From contig JAJTXY010000018.1 in the NCBI GenBank assembly GCA_021463865.1, forward strand, positions 1,971 to 65,970: 64,000 bases of DNA. Reading direction: 5' to 3'. Shown here piece by piece: positions 9,003 through 19,078 of the stretch. This stretch comes from Anaerolineae bacterium. GTDB taxonomy: Bacteria > Chloroflexota > Anaerolineae > Aggregatilineales > J027. The notes under the pieces were generated by a model. That model was not told the DNA's origin and searched no databases. It saw only the letters and a list, made by a program, of their open reading frames with translations. The translations under genes were made by a program, and so were the position numbers. Each line of letters begins with the position of its first letter. Position 1 is the first letter of the stretch.

Positions 9003-9938
9003 TTAGGCAGTCATTTCCTGTTCCAAATACGAATCGGCATAAATCACCTTATTGAGCAAAATCTGCACGGTCTTCCAAATGGCGACCTGCTCAGGGTCGG
9101 TCATATCCACGTCTTCTGGCATCAGTGTTTCCATTGCCGCATAACGATCAAACAACTTCAAATAGAGGCGTCCAACAGCCGTGCTGTCATCACGGGTTTC
9201 GATAATCCGAATGGTGTCTTTCAGGGCTTGATCCAGCGGATCAGCAATCATCGTCTGCAAACCCACCCCCATCAACATGACACAGTAGGTGCGGTTGATG
9301 AGTGGACGATTTTGACGCGGGACGGCATTGGAAACGTTGGATAGGCCCACTGAAATCATCGGAGCGGGATCCCACGCATATTGTAGGGTGCGGATAGTCT
9401 CGATTAATTGTGGGCAATACTCTTGGCAACCAGAGACGGTCAAGACCAATGGGTCAATGATGAGGTTCTGCATGGGGAAATCTATCTCGATCATACGTGG
9501 GATGAGTTTTTCCACCGCGATATTGACCCGCTCGTCCGCACTGACCGGGATGCCGCTTGCCCCCATCGTCAACGCCACCAGACGAGCATTATATTGTTTT
9601 GCCACCAGCGGCACTTTCTCCAAGCGTTCCGGTTCAGCCGAAGTTGAATTGATAATCGGTTGGGCTTTACGGATTTTTTTCAGCCCCGCCTCAATGCCTG
9701 CCAGATTGGTGCTGTCAAAGCTGATGGGTACATCCACCACCGCCTCAATCGTTTCCACCATCCATGGAAAGATTTCCGCACCGTCTTTTTTGCGCGGGCC
9801 CAGATTAATGTCGAGCGCTTGTGCCCCGGCTTCGACCTGCTTGACCGCCAAATTCTGGAAAAACTTGCTGTCGCGGGTTTCCAATGCCTCTTTCACTTTT
9901 TGTGAAATGATATGGATATTTTCGCCAATAATGTACAT
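9003..9938 (-). CDS. acsE: methyltetrahydrofolate:corrinoid/iron-sulfur protein methyltransferase
   Basis: 311 aa. Pterin-binding barrel motifs 'IIGENIH', 'ALDINLG', 'FDSTN'. Located within the acs operon. Confidence 0.85.
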   Translation of the reverse strand: MYIIGENIHIISQKVKEALETRDSKFFQNLAVKQVEAGAQALDINLGPRKKDGAEIFPWMVETIEAVVDVPISFDSTNLAGIEAGLKKIRKAQPIINSTSAEPERLEKVPLVAKQYNARLVALTMGASGIPVSADERVNIAVEKLIPRMIEIDFPMQNLIIDPLVLTVSGCQEYCPQLIETIRTLQYAWDPAPMISVGLSNVSNAVPRQNRPLINRTYCVMLMGVGLQTMIADPLDQALKDTIRIIETRDDSTAVGRLYLKLFDRYAAMETLMPEDVDMTDPEQVAIWKTVQILLNKVIYADSYLEQEMTA

Positions 9939-9950
9939 GAGCCTGTTCCT

Positions 9951-11858
9951 TTAGGTAACTATTGCAGCCTGCACCGTTGGAAATCGTGAGAGATCGGTGT
10001 GGGGCAGGAACAACGCAGACATAAACGCTTCATAAAACGAATTGTCAGCCGAAAGCTCGATATACGTCATACGCGCCGCAATCTCGCTGAGCCGAACACG
10101 CGCTTGGTGATCGAGCAGCGCCAGATAAGCCCCGCGTACTGAGGTATTACCGAGAAAATGGAAATGACCCCAAGGCATATCAGGCAGCAGGCCAATTTCC
10201 ACCGCCTTTTCGACATTGATGTACTTGCCAAATGAACCGCCAATCAACACCTGCTCAACCGTCTCTAGGGGCACACCCACGCTTTCGGCAAGGATGCTCA
10301 CCCCCGCATAAATGGCGGCTTTGGCCCGTAGCAGGTTATCAATATCCACATTGGTGATGGCAATATCGTGCCCCGTTTTGCTTTCGCTGGCCCATGCCAC
10401 CACATATTCCGACCCATGTTCACCTTGACGTACCCGTGCATTCGGCAGATGGGTGTTGATATGACCGCCTTTGTCCACCACCCCCGTCAGGAACATCTCC
10501 GCCAGCAGCGAAATGAGGCCACTGCCACACAAACCACGCGGTTTATTGCCCCCGATGACACGATAGGTCGGCTCAAAGCTGGTGCTGTTGATCCAAACTT
10601 CTTCAATCGCCCCCTCAGTGGCTCGCATCCCGTGTAAAACGCCGCTACCCTCAAACGCGGGTCCAGCCGAACACGCACACGCCACCAGCCATTGGTTATT
10701 ACCCAACACCAGTTCGCCATTGGTGCCGATGTCCATAAACAGTGTCAAGGCTTCGGTAGCATCCAACCCAGACGACAGCACCCCGGCTGTGATGTCCGCC
10801 CCAACATAACTGGCGACACCGGGCAGGCAATCCACAATCGCTGCTGGGTGGATATTGAGGCCGACCTCATACGCTGTCAGGGGGGGTATATGATTAGCAA
10901 CCGTCACAAATGGGGTTAAACGAATGCTGTCCGCCGGGATGCCAAGCAAGAGGTGAATCATCGTGCTGTTGCCCGCAATTGTGGCTTTCATGACCTCACT
11001 CGGATGGGCCAACACCCGCTTACAGGCAGATTCGAACAGGCTGTTGATAGTATCGAGAACCAACTGGCGCAGCACCACCCTACCGTTGTTTTTGCCAGCA
11101 TAGACAATGCGTGAAATCACATCTTCGCCGCGTGCGATTTGACCGTTATATTCGGCGACCTGTGCCCGAACCTGTCCGGTCATTAAATCCACTAACCACA
11201 GCGTTACAGTGGTCGTGCCGATGTCTATGGCTGTTCCCCACAGTGGTACATTTTCGGAGGTGTGACCGGGTTTAAGGTCAATCAACCGTGACGGACAATC
11301 CGAGCAATTTTCGACAATCGCTGTCACCTGCCAATTACCTTCACGCAAAATCTCACCCATTTTTTGGAGTTGGGATAAAGAAGCAGTCACATTTTGTAGC
11401 TGCGTTTGCTGACGGAGGGCAGTCTGTAAACGACTCCAATCGTCGCGCTGGTCATCCATCGTCGGGATTGGCAAAGTCAGGCAAATACGTCGCACTCGCT
11501 GGGCTACATTCGGGTCATAACCGAGAGGAACAGTGACTTCGGCAGCGGTCAGGTCAGTGGTTAGACGGCGTTCGATTTTTTCCTGTGGGGGAACGATGAT
11601 AGACACATCGCCTTCGACCACCGTCTGACAGGCTAGGGCATATCCCAATGTAATATCTTCCGCCGACAGCCGCAGGGTACTGCGCCGCCGCACGGTGCCT
11701 TGATTGACCAGTACCGCACACCGGCCACAGCGCCCCTGCCCACCACACGGCTGCTGAATCTCCACCCCGACTTGATGAGCGGCTTCGGTCAGCAGTGTTC
11801 CGGTGAGGACTCGCGCCGATTCTTGGGCAACATCAAAGCTAACAACGTGTTCCGCCAT
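9951..11858 (-). CDS. reductive activator of corrinoid protein (RACo; 2Fe-2S ferredoxin + ASKHA ATPase)
   Basis: 635 aa. N-terminal plant-type ferredoxin motif 'CGGQGRCGRCAV'. ASKHA phosphate-1 loop 'AIDIGTTT'. Sits between acsC and acsE. Confidence 0.85.
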   Translation of the reverse strand: MAEHVVSFDVAQESARVLTGTLLTEAAHQVGVEIQQPCGGQGRCGRCAVLVNQGTVRRRSTLRLSAEDITLGYALACQTVVEGDVSIIVPPQEKIERRLTTDLTAAEVTVPLGYDPNVAQRVRRICLTLPIPTMDDQRDDWSRLQTALRQQTQLQNVTASLSQLQKMGEILREGNWQVTAIVENCSDCPSRLIDLKPGHTSENVPLWGTAIDIGTTTVTLWLVDLMTGQVRAQVAEYNGQIARGEDVISRIVYAGKNNGRVVLRQLVLDTINSLFESACKRVLAHPSEVMKATIAGNSTMIHLLLGIPADSIRLTPFVTVANHIPPLTAYEVGLNIHPAAIVDCLPGVASYVGADITAGVLSSGLDATEALTLFMDIGTNGELVLGNNQWLVACACSAGPAFEGSGVLHGMRATEGAIEEVWINSTSFEPTYRVIGGNKPRGLCGSGLISLLAEMFLTGVVDKGGHINTHLPNARVRQGEHGSEYVVAWASESKTGHDIAITNVDIDNLLRAKAAIYAGVSILAESVGVPLETVEQVLIGGSFGKYINVEKAVEIGLLPDMPWGHFHFLGNTSVRGAYLALLDHQARVRLSEIAARMTYIELSADNSFYEAFMSALFLPHTDLSRFPTVQAAIVT

Positions 11859-11887
11859 GATTTTTATCTCGTTTCAGCAAACCCCCT

Positions 11888-13225
11888 CTAGGCGAGGACT
11901 TGCTTCATAAACGCAGGAATGTCCACTGCCTCACGCGGGCCGACCCGAATTTCCCACCCGTGCAATTCCTCTTCAAGTTCGCCTGAAAGCACCGCGACAT
12001 GGCCCGGAATCACAATCCGTTTGCGGCTCACTTTGTCGGCGACCCCAAATTCTTTAACGGCTTTGGCAATACGTTCGGCATCAAATTTGCCAGCGGCCCA
12101 CGCCGTCAGCACACTCATGCCTTCCGCGTCTGTCACCAATAACCAAGCTGGCAGGCCCGATCCTTCGATCTCGTTTGCCACACTGAAATAGGTGATGCTG
12201 AAATTGGTCGTGACCAGCACTGGATCATCCGCTTTCGGATTATTGATTTCATAGAGGCCGGGTTTGACTTGAATCGGCTTTTGCGGGTCGGTATAGATGT
12301 TCTCGCGTAGCACCAACAAGGGATACACCACTTCGGGCTGGAAGTGACCGAGCACGATAAATCCGGCATATTTGGCAATCGCCTGTGCTGCCAGCATCGC
12401 TTCGTAGGCGGGGTCGGCTGCATGAAGGGTCATAATCGGATACCCCAGCGGACGGAAATTCTTCTTCAGAGCCAAACGGCGAATCTGGGTGTTGAGGGTT
12501 AAAGTCGCCCCAAGATCATGACTGGATGGAGCCAATACCAAATCATTGACCCCTTTGTCTTTCAATTTCTCCGCCAAATCGGTTAAGCCGTCCAGCGTAT
12601 CGGCGACGACAACCAGCGCCGCGCCATGCTGTTTGGCAAGATCACCCATCGCGGCCCAATTATTAGCATCTGCGCCACAAATCAGCGGGTGTTCGCCGTC
12701 CAACAAGCGTAATCCAGCACTAATATGGGCGGGGTCATGGCTTATCAGGATGATAGGGCGGTGAGTCACATCACGTACCGCCGCAATTGTCGCCGTAAAC
12801 TTGTTGACATCCCCTGTCACTGCTTCAACTGCGAACCCATCTAACACGAGATCACGCCCAACATAATTCACTTGAAAACCAGCGGCCCGTGCAATTTCGG
12901 ATTTGATCGTTTCGGGCGATTCATCATCCTGCACACGTAGGAAAACCCCCGGCTTGTGATAAAACGTCTTTTCGTGACGGAACAAGACCACCTCATTGCC
13001 CGCCTGCACCTCATAACCATTGGATTTTACGGAAATCAGGCGCACTGGTGGTTCGGATGCCTCGGCTAACTGTGCTTTGGCAGCATCATTCACATGCGGG
13101 CAGGAGGAAAGTTCAACCTGCTTGGCGGCAAGTTTCATCGCAAAGGCCAAACAAGTCGGGAAGCCACAATCTTTGCAATTGGTCTGTGGCAACAATTTGT
13201 AGATTTGAATTCCGGTCAGTGCCAT
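11888..13225 (-). CDS. acsC: corrinoid/iron-sulfur protein large subunit
   Basis: 445 aa. N-terminal 4Fe-4S motif 'CKDCGFPTCLAFAMKLA...SCPH', followed by a barrel and a C-terminal corrinoid-binding domain. Confidence 0.9.
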   Translation of the reverse strand: MALTGIQIYKLLPQTNCKDCGFPTCLAFAMKLAAKQVELSSCPHVNDAAKAQLAEASEPPVRLISVKSNGYEVQAGNEVVLFRHEKTFYHKPGVFLRVQDDESPETIKSEIARAAGFQVNYVGRDLVLDGFAVEAVTGDVNKFTATIAAVRDVTHRPIILISHDPAHISAGLRLLDGEHPLICGADANNWAAMGDLAKQHGAALVVVADTLDGLTDLAEKLKDKGVNDLVLAPSSHDLGATLTLNTQIRRLALKKNFRPLGYPIMTLHAADPAYEAMLAAQAIAKYAGFIVLGHFQPEVVYPLLVLRENIYTDPQKPIQVKPGLYEINNPKADDPVLVTTNFSITYFSVANEIEGSGLPAWLLVTDAEGMSVLTAWAAGKFDAERIAKAVKEFGVADKVSRKRIVIPGHVAVLSGELEEELHGWEIRVGPREAVDIPAFMKQVLA

Positions 13226-13251
13226 TTTTCGTCTCCTAGCTCTCCTAGCCG

Positions 13252-14226
13252 CTATGCTAATTCAGGAAGGGCCATCAGTGACCGAATGGCTTGATGCAGG
13301 CGTGCGACGCTTTCGGGATGACGCAGCACCACAATATCTGCCCCGGATTCGATGAGAGCAACAGCGGTCAATGTCTCCCAAGCAATCCCACGTTCACGCC
13401 ATTCACCCCACGCAGCAGGGACATCTTGCCCCACTTTGGCCTCTTTGGTTTTCCATGTCTCAAAACCGGGGGTGACGATCATCGGCATTTGGGTCATAGC
13501 ATCGCCCTGCAAGGCCGCTAAACGCAGTCGTTCCATCACCGAGTAGCCATATTCAATCCCATACCCAAGCGCACCAGTAGTGGGGTCCATCAAAATACGA
13601 TCCAACGGCAGGCCCATATCTTTGATGAGGATATTTAACTGCTTGGCAAGATTGACATCCATCGGTGAGCGGGCGGTGATAAGATGTCCGTTTGCCATCG
13701 CCGTTGCCACAATCGTTCGATAGTTTTTATCTTCGCAAATCCCCAACACCAACCGTTCCCCTTTGGTGGCTTCGGCAACTGCAACCAACAGAACGTTATC
13801 TACCTCAGCCTGCCCCGGACCAAAAACCATCAACGGCAAAGCGCTTGCTTTTAATACAGCCTGAGTCGCCGCCACTGCTGCTTCGGGTGTGGTGGGTTGA
13901 CCATTCGTATCATTCAGACTGAGGGCCAGCACCAACACATCCGCCCCAGCAACTTCAGCGGCCTTTGCCCAACTCGCCGGGTCATTCGCTGCTTCACCCC
14001 ATGCATCCAACAGCAGCGGCGACCAATCATCGGGACGGTGGTCTTTAATCTCAATCGCCACGAGGGGGGGATACGGGGTTTCGTGTTCAAAATGCAAAAA
14101 GGGCAAGGTCTTTTGACCACCCACCGTCAAGGAACGGGCGCGTGTACCGCCCTCGCTGGCAGTCGCGCCAAACGTCACGGTACGGACTGACCCAGCCCAT
14201 GTTTCTTTTGGAATCTCGACAGTCAT
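13252..14226 (-). CDS. acsD: corrinoid/iron-sulfur protein small subunit
   Basis: 324 aa CdhD-like TIM barrel, adjacent to acsC with a 26-nt spacer. Confidence 0.9.
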   Translation of the reverse strand: MTVEIPKETWAGSVRTVTFGATASEGGTRARSLTVGGQKTLPFLHFEHETPYPPLVAIEIKDHRPDDWSPLLLDAWGEAANDPASWAKAAEVAGADVLVLALSLNDTNGQPTTPEAAVAATQAVLKASALPLMVFGPGQAEVDNVLLVAVAEATKGERLVLGICEDKNYRTIVATAMANGHLITARSPMDVNLAKQLNILIKDMGLPLDRILMDPTTGALGYGIEYGYSVMERLRLAALQGDAMTQMPMIVTPGFETWKTKEAKVGQDVPAAWGEWRERGIAWETLTAVALIESGADIVVLRHPESVARLHQAIRSLMALPELA

Positions 14227-14232
14227 AAATCT

Positions 14233-14742
14233 TCACTCCTGATGCGGAAAATCGGCTCGTTTGCGTGCTGCATCGCGCTTTTGTATAAATTCATCGAGGG
14301 GTGCTTGGCGGGTAGCTTTGATTCCCAAATCATTCAGTTCCTCATCACTGCGGGCCGCCAGATGCCGCAATAGATGTTGATAGGACAGCACAGCTGCTGG
14401 ATAGGTAATGCCGCCAGCGTGGTGCATTAAATAAACCACCCGTAGGTCCTGATCTTGCATAATTTGTGCAGCGGCGGGCAGTGGAATATCGGGTGGCACG
14501 GAGGGGACACCATCACGCATGACGGCTTCGGCGGTCAATTCTTGGCGATTATCCCGTGTATACGCCTGTGCCAATTCTTTCTGGCTGACCACCCCAATCG
14601 CGTGCCCTTCTTCATTCAAAACAACCACCGCCTCCAACTGCTTTTCGAGCAGCAGGCGGGCGATTTCGATGATGGGGGTGTCGGGCACACAGGTCGCCAC
14701 CCCCACCGACATTAAATCACGGACGAGCAGCCGTTCAGCCAT
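14233..14742 (-). CDS. stand-alone CBS-pair protein
   Basis: 169 aa with two CBS motifs and no other domain. It is wedged between acsB (11-nt gap) and acsD (6-nt gap). Confidence 0.8.
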   Translation of the reverse strand: MAERLLVRDLMSVGVATCVPDTPIIEIARLLLEKQLEAVVVLNEEGHAIGVVSQKELAQAYTRDNRQELTAEAVMRDGVPSVPPDIPLPAAAQIMQDQDLRVVYLMHHAGGITYPAAVLSYQHLLRHLAARSDEELNDLGIKATRQAPLDEFIQKRDAARKRADFPHQE

Positions 14743-14753
14743 CGCCGTGCGCC

Positions 14754-17051
14754 TTAAAAGATGGGATCCATCACCAGCGCCGGATGGTTATGTTCTTCCA
14801 TCCACGCCAGCAGTTCATCAACGGTGGTGGCATTGCTGCCGTCAGCAATCCGGCTAATTAAATCCGGGTCGCCTTCACGGATGGCAACGGCTTGCAGTTC
14901 ATCCGCCATCGAGTCTTTGAGATAGCCACTCATCCAGACGATTCGCTTAAAGCCGCCATCGGCCTTAATAAATTTCGGGCTGACGAGGTAGTATTTGCCG
15001 ACACCCATCACACCGGGGGTTTGCATTCCACCCCCCGCGATACCAGCGAGGGTACTAAAGGTCATTCCCGCCGGGGTCATGGTGGTGTCTTCACGGCTGA
15101 CGACCATCACGCCATTCGCTTCCGGGACCAGCATGACAATACACTCAAAACATCCACAGGCCGTCATCGGATTTTCCATAATGGAGTACATGGCGACTTC
15201 ATTAACGACCCCATGCGATCCCTGTTTGGCATAATCATTCGTGCCCGACCAATATCCCTTTGTCGCATCTACCACATTACCAAGTTTGATGGGTTGATTC
15301 GGGCCTGTCGGATTGATACTGTAGGACGCTTTGCAGTCCAACCAATTGTAAGCACCGCATAACCCCAAACGTTCAGGGCTGACGATACAGACATGATTCG
15401 GCGCGAAGGACTGGCAAAGGGTACAGGAATAAAATTCATCTACCGCGTGGTCAGTCAAATCGGCAAGGCGTTTATTGCGATAGTCGTAGGCTTCGCGTGC
15501 CCTTGCCAACCATGCCGCCAGTTGATCGGGGTCGGTATAAATCGTGATCTGCACTTTGTCCACAATCGCGCCAAAATCGGCATGGAAACGGGCGTGCAAA
15601 ATCTTGCCAAAATGTTCAAGGTTAAAGCCCTTGTCGGCGGCAGCGTTGGAAATCCGAATCCACGCGATGTCGCGCTGGCCGATATGCTGAATCCCCGATG
15701 CCCCATTGACAAAATAGTGAATCTGGCGCTCTAGGACAGGCTCAAAATCTTGCTGCATAGCCCGCCCCGCGACCTGCACCACAATCCCCATATCCAGACA
15801 ACCCTGTGCTTCAACGCCTTCCATACCGGGGCCGACGATTTCTACCTTGCCGTCCACAATATCATCTAGGCCCGCCATGGTGAGATATTCAAAACAGCGG
15901 GAATTCTTGCCGCCGAATTCAATTCGCATGTCAGTCTTACGCACGACTTCGCCTTCAAACGCCGAACCGTAAGGCACAGGCACAGGCACATCCGCGACCC
16001 GCACCTTGACCCCACGCACCTCAATACACTTCTGCACTAGGCGTTCAGCGCGTTCCAGATCATCTTTGCCGTCAATCTCATTAAACGGCATACTCACGAC
16101 ATGCTCATAGGTGGTAACACCCGTCGGCAAAATTTCGGGGATGATGGTGTCGGCGATGACCGGGAAGCCAAAACTAATTGCCCCCGCCGCCGCCGCATAT
16201 TTCAGATCATCCACTTCACCCAGCGCCAGCACAAACGCGAACACCCGATGTTTGTTATAGAGCAAGATGTCGCGGGCCATACCGCCTTTCATCCCGCCGA
16301 AGGTCAGCGCCGAACGCACCGCAAAACCGAGGGCATACACGGCGCTCAGGGTATCTGTGCCAAACGGAACAGTATAGGTGTCATAGCCGAGTTCAACGCC
16401 TTCTTCGACCAATTGATGAATAATGCTGCGTCCATTGACATTGCCGGAGAGGAAACACAGGATATTGCGCCGCTGCAATTCGCGCACAATCTTGACGGCG
16501 ACCTCATTGGATTTTGCCGCCCCCACAATCGCCGCAAACCCCGGCATACGTCCATCTACCAATTGAATTCCCCATGAGCGCAGTTGAATATCATCAATTG
16601 GCCCGTTGAGGTGTCCATCGGCTTTACTACTTCCCCCATTACCATTCCCGGCATCGGGGCTGGTAAAAGCCGTGCCACCTGCCAGATGAAAACCGGGCAT
16701 GGGTTCGGGTTGCAGCCCATAGACAAAACGAATGGCTTCAATCGTTTCGGCAGCCAATAAAGTCGCCATGCCGCTGTCCAGTGTTTCGCCAAGATAGGGT
16801 GTCCAATGGCGACCTGCTGGAATAGGGTGCAAGAGTTCGCGGGCATGTTCGAGGACAGACCCCAACTGCCCAATCGTCTCAACCTGCTGTCCGGTCATGC
16901 CAAAAATGAGGGGCAGATAGTAGGCTGTGTTTGGAAAAGCAACCGGAGTATCCGGGCCTTTTTCTGCCAATGCTTTGCGGAGCATAAACTCCGCCTCTGT
17001 AACCAGTGCATTCGAGCCACGAATGGCACGAGTCGCAACATATCGGGACAT
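14754..17051 (-). CDS. acsB: acetyl-CoA synthase (A-cluster subunit of CODH/ACS)
   Basis: 765 aa. A-cluster ligand motifs 'CTLCQSFAPNHVCIVSPERLGLCGA' and 'ACGCFECI'. Bacterial-type N-terminal domain is present. Confidence 0.9.
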   Translation of the reverse strand: MSRYVATRAIRGSNALVTEAEFMLRKALAEKGPDTPVAFPNTAYYLPLIFGMTGQQVETIGQLGSVLEHARELLHPIPAGRHWTPYLGETLDSGMATLLAAETIEAIRFVYGLQPEPMPGFHLAGGTAFTSPDAGNGNGGSSKADGHLNGPIDDIQLRSWGIQLVDGRMPGFAAIVGAAKSNEVAVKIVRELQRRNILCFLSGNVNGRSIIHQLVEEGVELGYDTYTVPFGTDTLSAVYALGFAVRSALTFGGMKGGMARDILLYNKHRVFAFVLALGEVDDLKYAAAAGAISFGFPVIADTIIPEILPTGVTTYEHVVSMPFNEIDGKDDLERAERLVQKCIEVRGVKVRVADVPVPVPYGSAFEGEVVRKTDMRIEFGGKNSRCFEYLTMAGLDDIVDGKVEIVGPGMEGVEAQGCLDMGIVVQVAGRAMQQDFEPVLERQIHYFVNGASGIQHIGQRDIAWIRISNAAADKGFNLEHFGKILHARFHADFGAIVDKVQITIYTDPDQLAAWLARAREAYDYRNKRLADLTDHAVDEFYSCTLCQSFAPNHVCIVSPERLGLCGAYNWLDCKASYSINPTGPNQPIKLGNVVDATKGYWSGTNDYAKQGSHGVVNEVAMYSIMENPMTACGCFECIVMLVPEANGVMVVSREDTTMTPAGMTFSTLAGIAGGGMQTPGVMGVGKYYLVSPKFIKADGGFKRIVWMSGYLKDSMADELQAVAIREGDPDLISRIADGSNATTVDELLAWMEEHNHPALVMDPIF

Positions 17052-17062
17052 TGGCTCACCTC

Positions 17063-19078
17063 CTACTTTTCAACTACGCCATAGAGCGCCGCCCGTCGTT
17101 CAGCCAACGGAAGCTGCTCTAATTCGAGGATACGCGCATCGCCGCTGCGACCAAACCGTTCTGGGTCATAGGCGGGCAGACCCAACGCAGCTCGTTTGCG
17201 GTCAATGTGTTCCAGCGTCTTTTGAATCATACTGTCGGGGTCTACATCAAATTCCATCTTGCCGCCATAGAGTTTCTCCCACCCTTCGGTAAGGTAATGC
17301 AGCACCGCGTCACTATCCGACATACGATCTGGCATTCCACTCACGGGGGACGACCCGCCGAAAATGACATACGCGCCGGAAGCCACACAATACGCCCCAA
17401 TTGAAAGGGCCTTTTCGCTCATCCATTCGGGAGCCAAACCAACTGCCGGAATCTGGTCAATATCATCACCCAAACCGCCGTCTTCAACCATCTGGGTCAG
17501 TACGGTCAAAATACGGGTGTTATCCACGCATGACCCCATATGCAAAACGGGTGGAATTCCTACCGCCTCGCAGACCTCGCGCAGCCCCGGCCCGACTTGA
17601 TTTAAGCCTGCCTCACCGAGCAATAGACCCAATTTCGCGCTGGCAATCGCCCCACAGCCTGTCTGAACAACCAGCACATCCTGTTTAAGCAGTTCCTTAA
17701 CGACATAGGTATGCAGATAATCTTGGGTACTGCGTGGGTTATTGCAACCGACAATCGCCGCTACTCCGCGAATACGCCCCGTCATAATCGCGTCATTGAG
17801 GGGTCGGAACGACGCGCGATAGCTGCCCCCCAACATATAGTTGATGTACTCATGCGAGAAACCGGGGATGAGATTCTCACGTGCATTCGGAATTTGAACT
17901 GGGCCACGATTCTTAAAATTATCAATCGCCGTCCGCAGAATTTGTTTAGCAATCGTCAAGGCATGGTGTTCATCAAATTCGATGTGGGTCGCCCCTTTGA
18001 TTTTCACTTTCGGCGAAGTAGTAATGACAAGGGTATGGAAATTCTCCGCCAATTTGACAAGGGCCTGCATGATGCACTGCACATCTACCACCATTGCCTC
18101 AACCGCGCCTGTCAAAATGGATAACTCTTGGTGCAGGAAGTTACCCGCCGCCGGAATGCCTTGACGCATCAGGATTTCATTCGCCGTACAGCAAATCCCT
18201 GCCAAATTGACACCTTTCGCCCCGGCTTGTTTAGCATATTCGATAATTTCCGGGTCTTGGGATGCCGCCACAATCATTTCGCTAAGAGTTGGCTCATGCC
18301 CATGTACAACCACATTCACCATATCTTGTTTGAGTACCCCAAGATTGGCTTGACCCAATATCGGCGCAGGTGTTCCAAACAAAATGTCGGAAATGTCGGT
18401 GGCAATCATGCTGCCCCCCCATCCATCGGCCAACGCGGTGCGAATGGTGTGTTGCAAAAGATGTTCGGGGTCTTGGTCATCGCCGATATGGGTGCGATGC
18501 AGGGATTCCACAACTTCGCGGTCAATGCCACGTGGAATTACCCCCTGTTCCTGCCAAATTTTCTGACGTTTTTCGGGGGCGCGAATGATAGGGGCAATGT
18601 GACCCCGCTGCTGTCCAAATTGGGCGATATACAGGTCAGCGAGATCGTTGGCAATTTCTGTTGGGGAACGTCCTTCAATGGGAATATTGTAGTATGCAGC
18701 AACCGTCCGCAGCTTGGCGACATCGCGGATCATATAGCCCTCGGTTTTGCCCTCCGCAACGGCCTTGAGGGTAAACGCCATATCCCGACCATGATCGGAA
18801 TGAGCCGCCGCGCCTGCCGCCACCGCCCGCACAAAATTACGGGCTTGGATGGTGTCAATGGTTGCGCCGCAGACTCCGGTTTGACCCTCTTTGGTGAGGC
18901 GACAAGGCCCCATGCCACACAATTTGCAGCACATCCCCGCCGCGCCAATATTACACGGCGTCATCGCATCGGCTCGACTAAAGGCTGTGCTGACCCCGAT
19001 TTCATCCGCCCGGATGAGCATTTCTTGGGCAGCCGGATCAATACTCTGTTCAACGGGAGTGCGTTTATCTTTAGGCAT
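17063..19078 (-). CDS. acsA: Ni-Fe carbon monoxide dehydrogenase catalytic subunit
   Basis: 671 aa. Motifs 'CNIGAAGMCCKLCGMGPCR', 'GCNNPR', 'HMGSCVDN' are typical of CooS/AcsA. Confidence 0.9.
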   Translation of the reverse strand: MPKDKRTPVEQSIDPAAQEMLIRADEIGVSTAFSRADAMTPCNIGAAGMCCKLCGMGPCRLTKEGQTGVCGATIDTIQARNFVRAVAAGAAAHSDHGRDMAFTLKAVAEGKTEGYMIRDVAKLRTVAAYYNIPIEGRSPTEIANDLADLYIAQFGQQRGHIAPIIRAPEKRQKIWQEQGVIPRGIDREVVESLHRTHIGDDQDPEHLLQHTIRTALADGWGGSMIATDISDILFGTPAPILGQANLGVLKQDMVNVVVHGHEPTLSEMIVAASQDPEIIEYAKQAGAKGVNLAGICCTANEILMRQGIPAAGNFLHQELSILTGAVEAMVVDVQCIMQALVKLAENFHTLVITTSPKVKIKGATHIEFDEHHALTIAKQILRTAIDNFKNRGPVQIPNARENLIPGFSHEYINYMLGGSYRASFRPLNDAIMTGRIRGVAAIVGCNNPRSTQDYLHTYVVKELLKQDVLVVQTGCGAIASAKLGLLLGEAGLNQVGPGLREVCEAVGIPPVLHMGSCVDNTRILTVLTQMVEDGGLGDDIDQIPAVGLAPEWMSEKALSIGAYCVASGAYVIFGGSSPVSGMPDRMSDSDAVLHYLTEGWEKLYGGKMEFDVDPDSMIQKTLEHIDRKRAALGLPAYDPERFGRSGDARILELEQLPLAERRAALYGVVEK

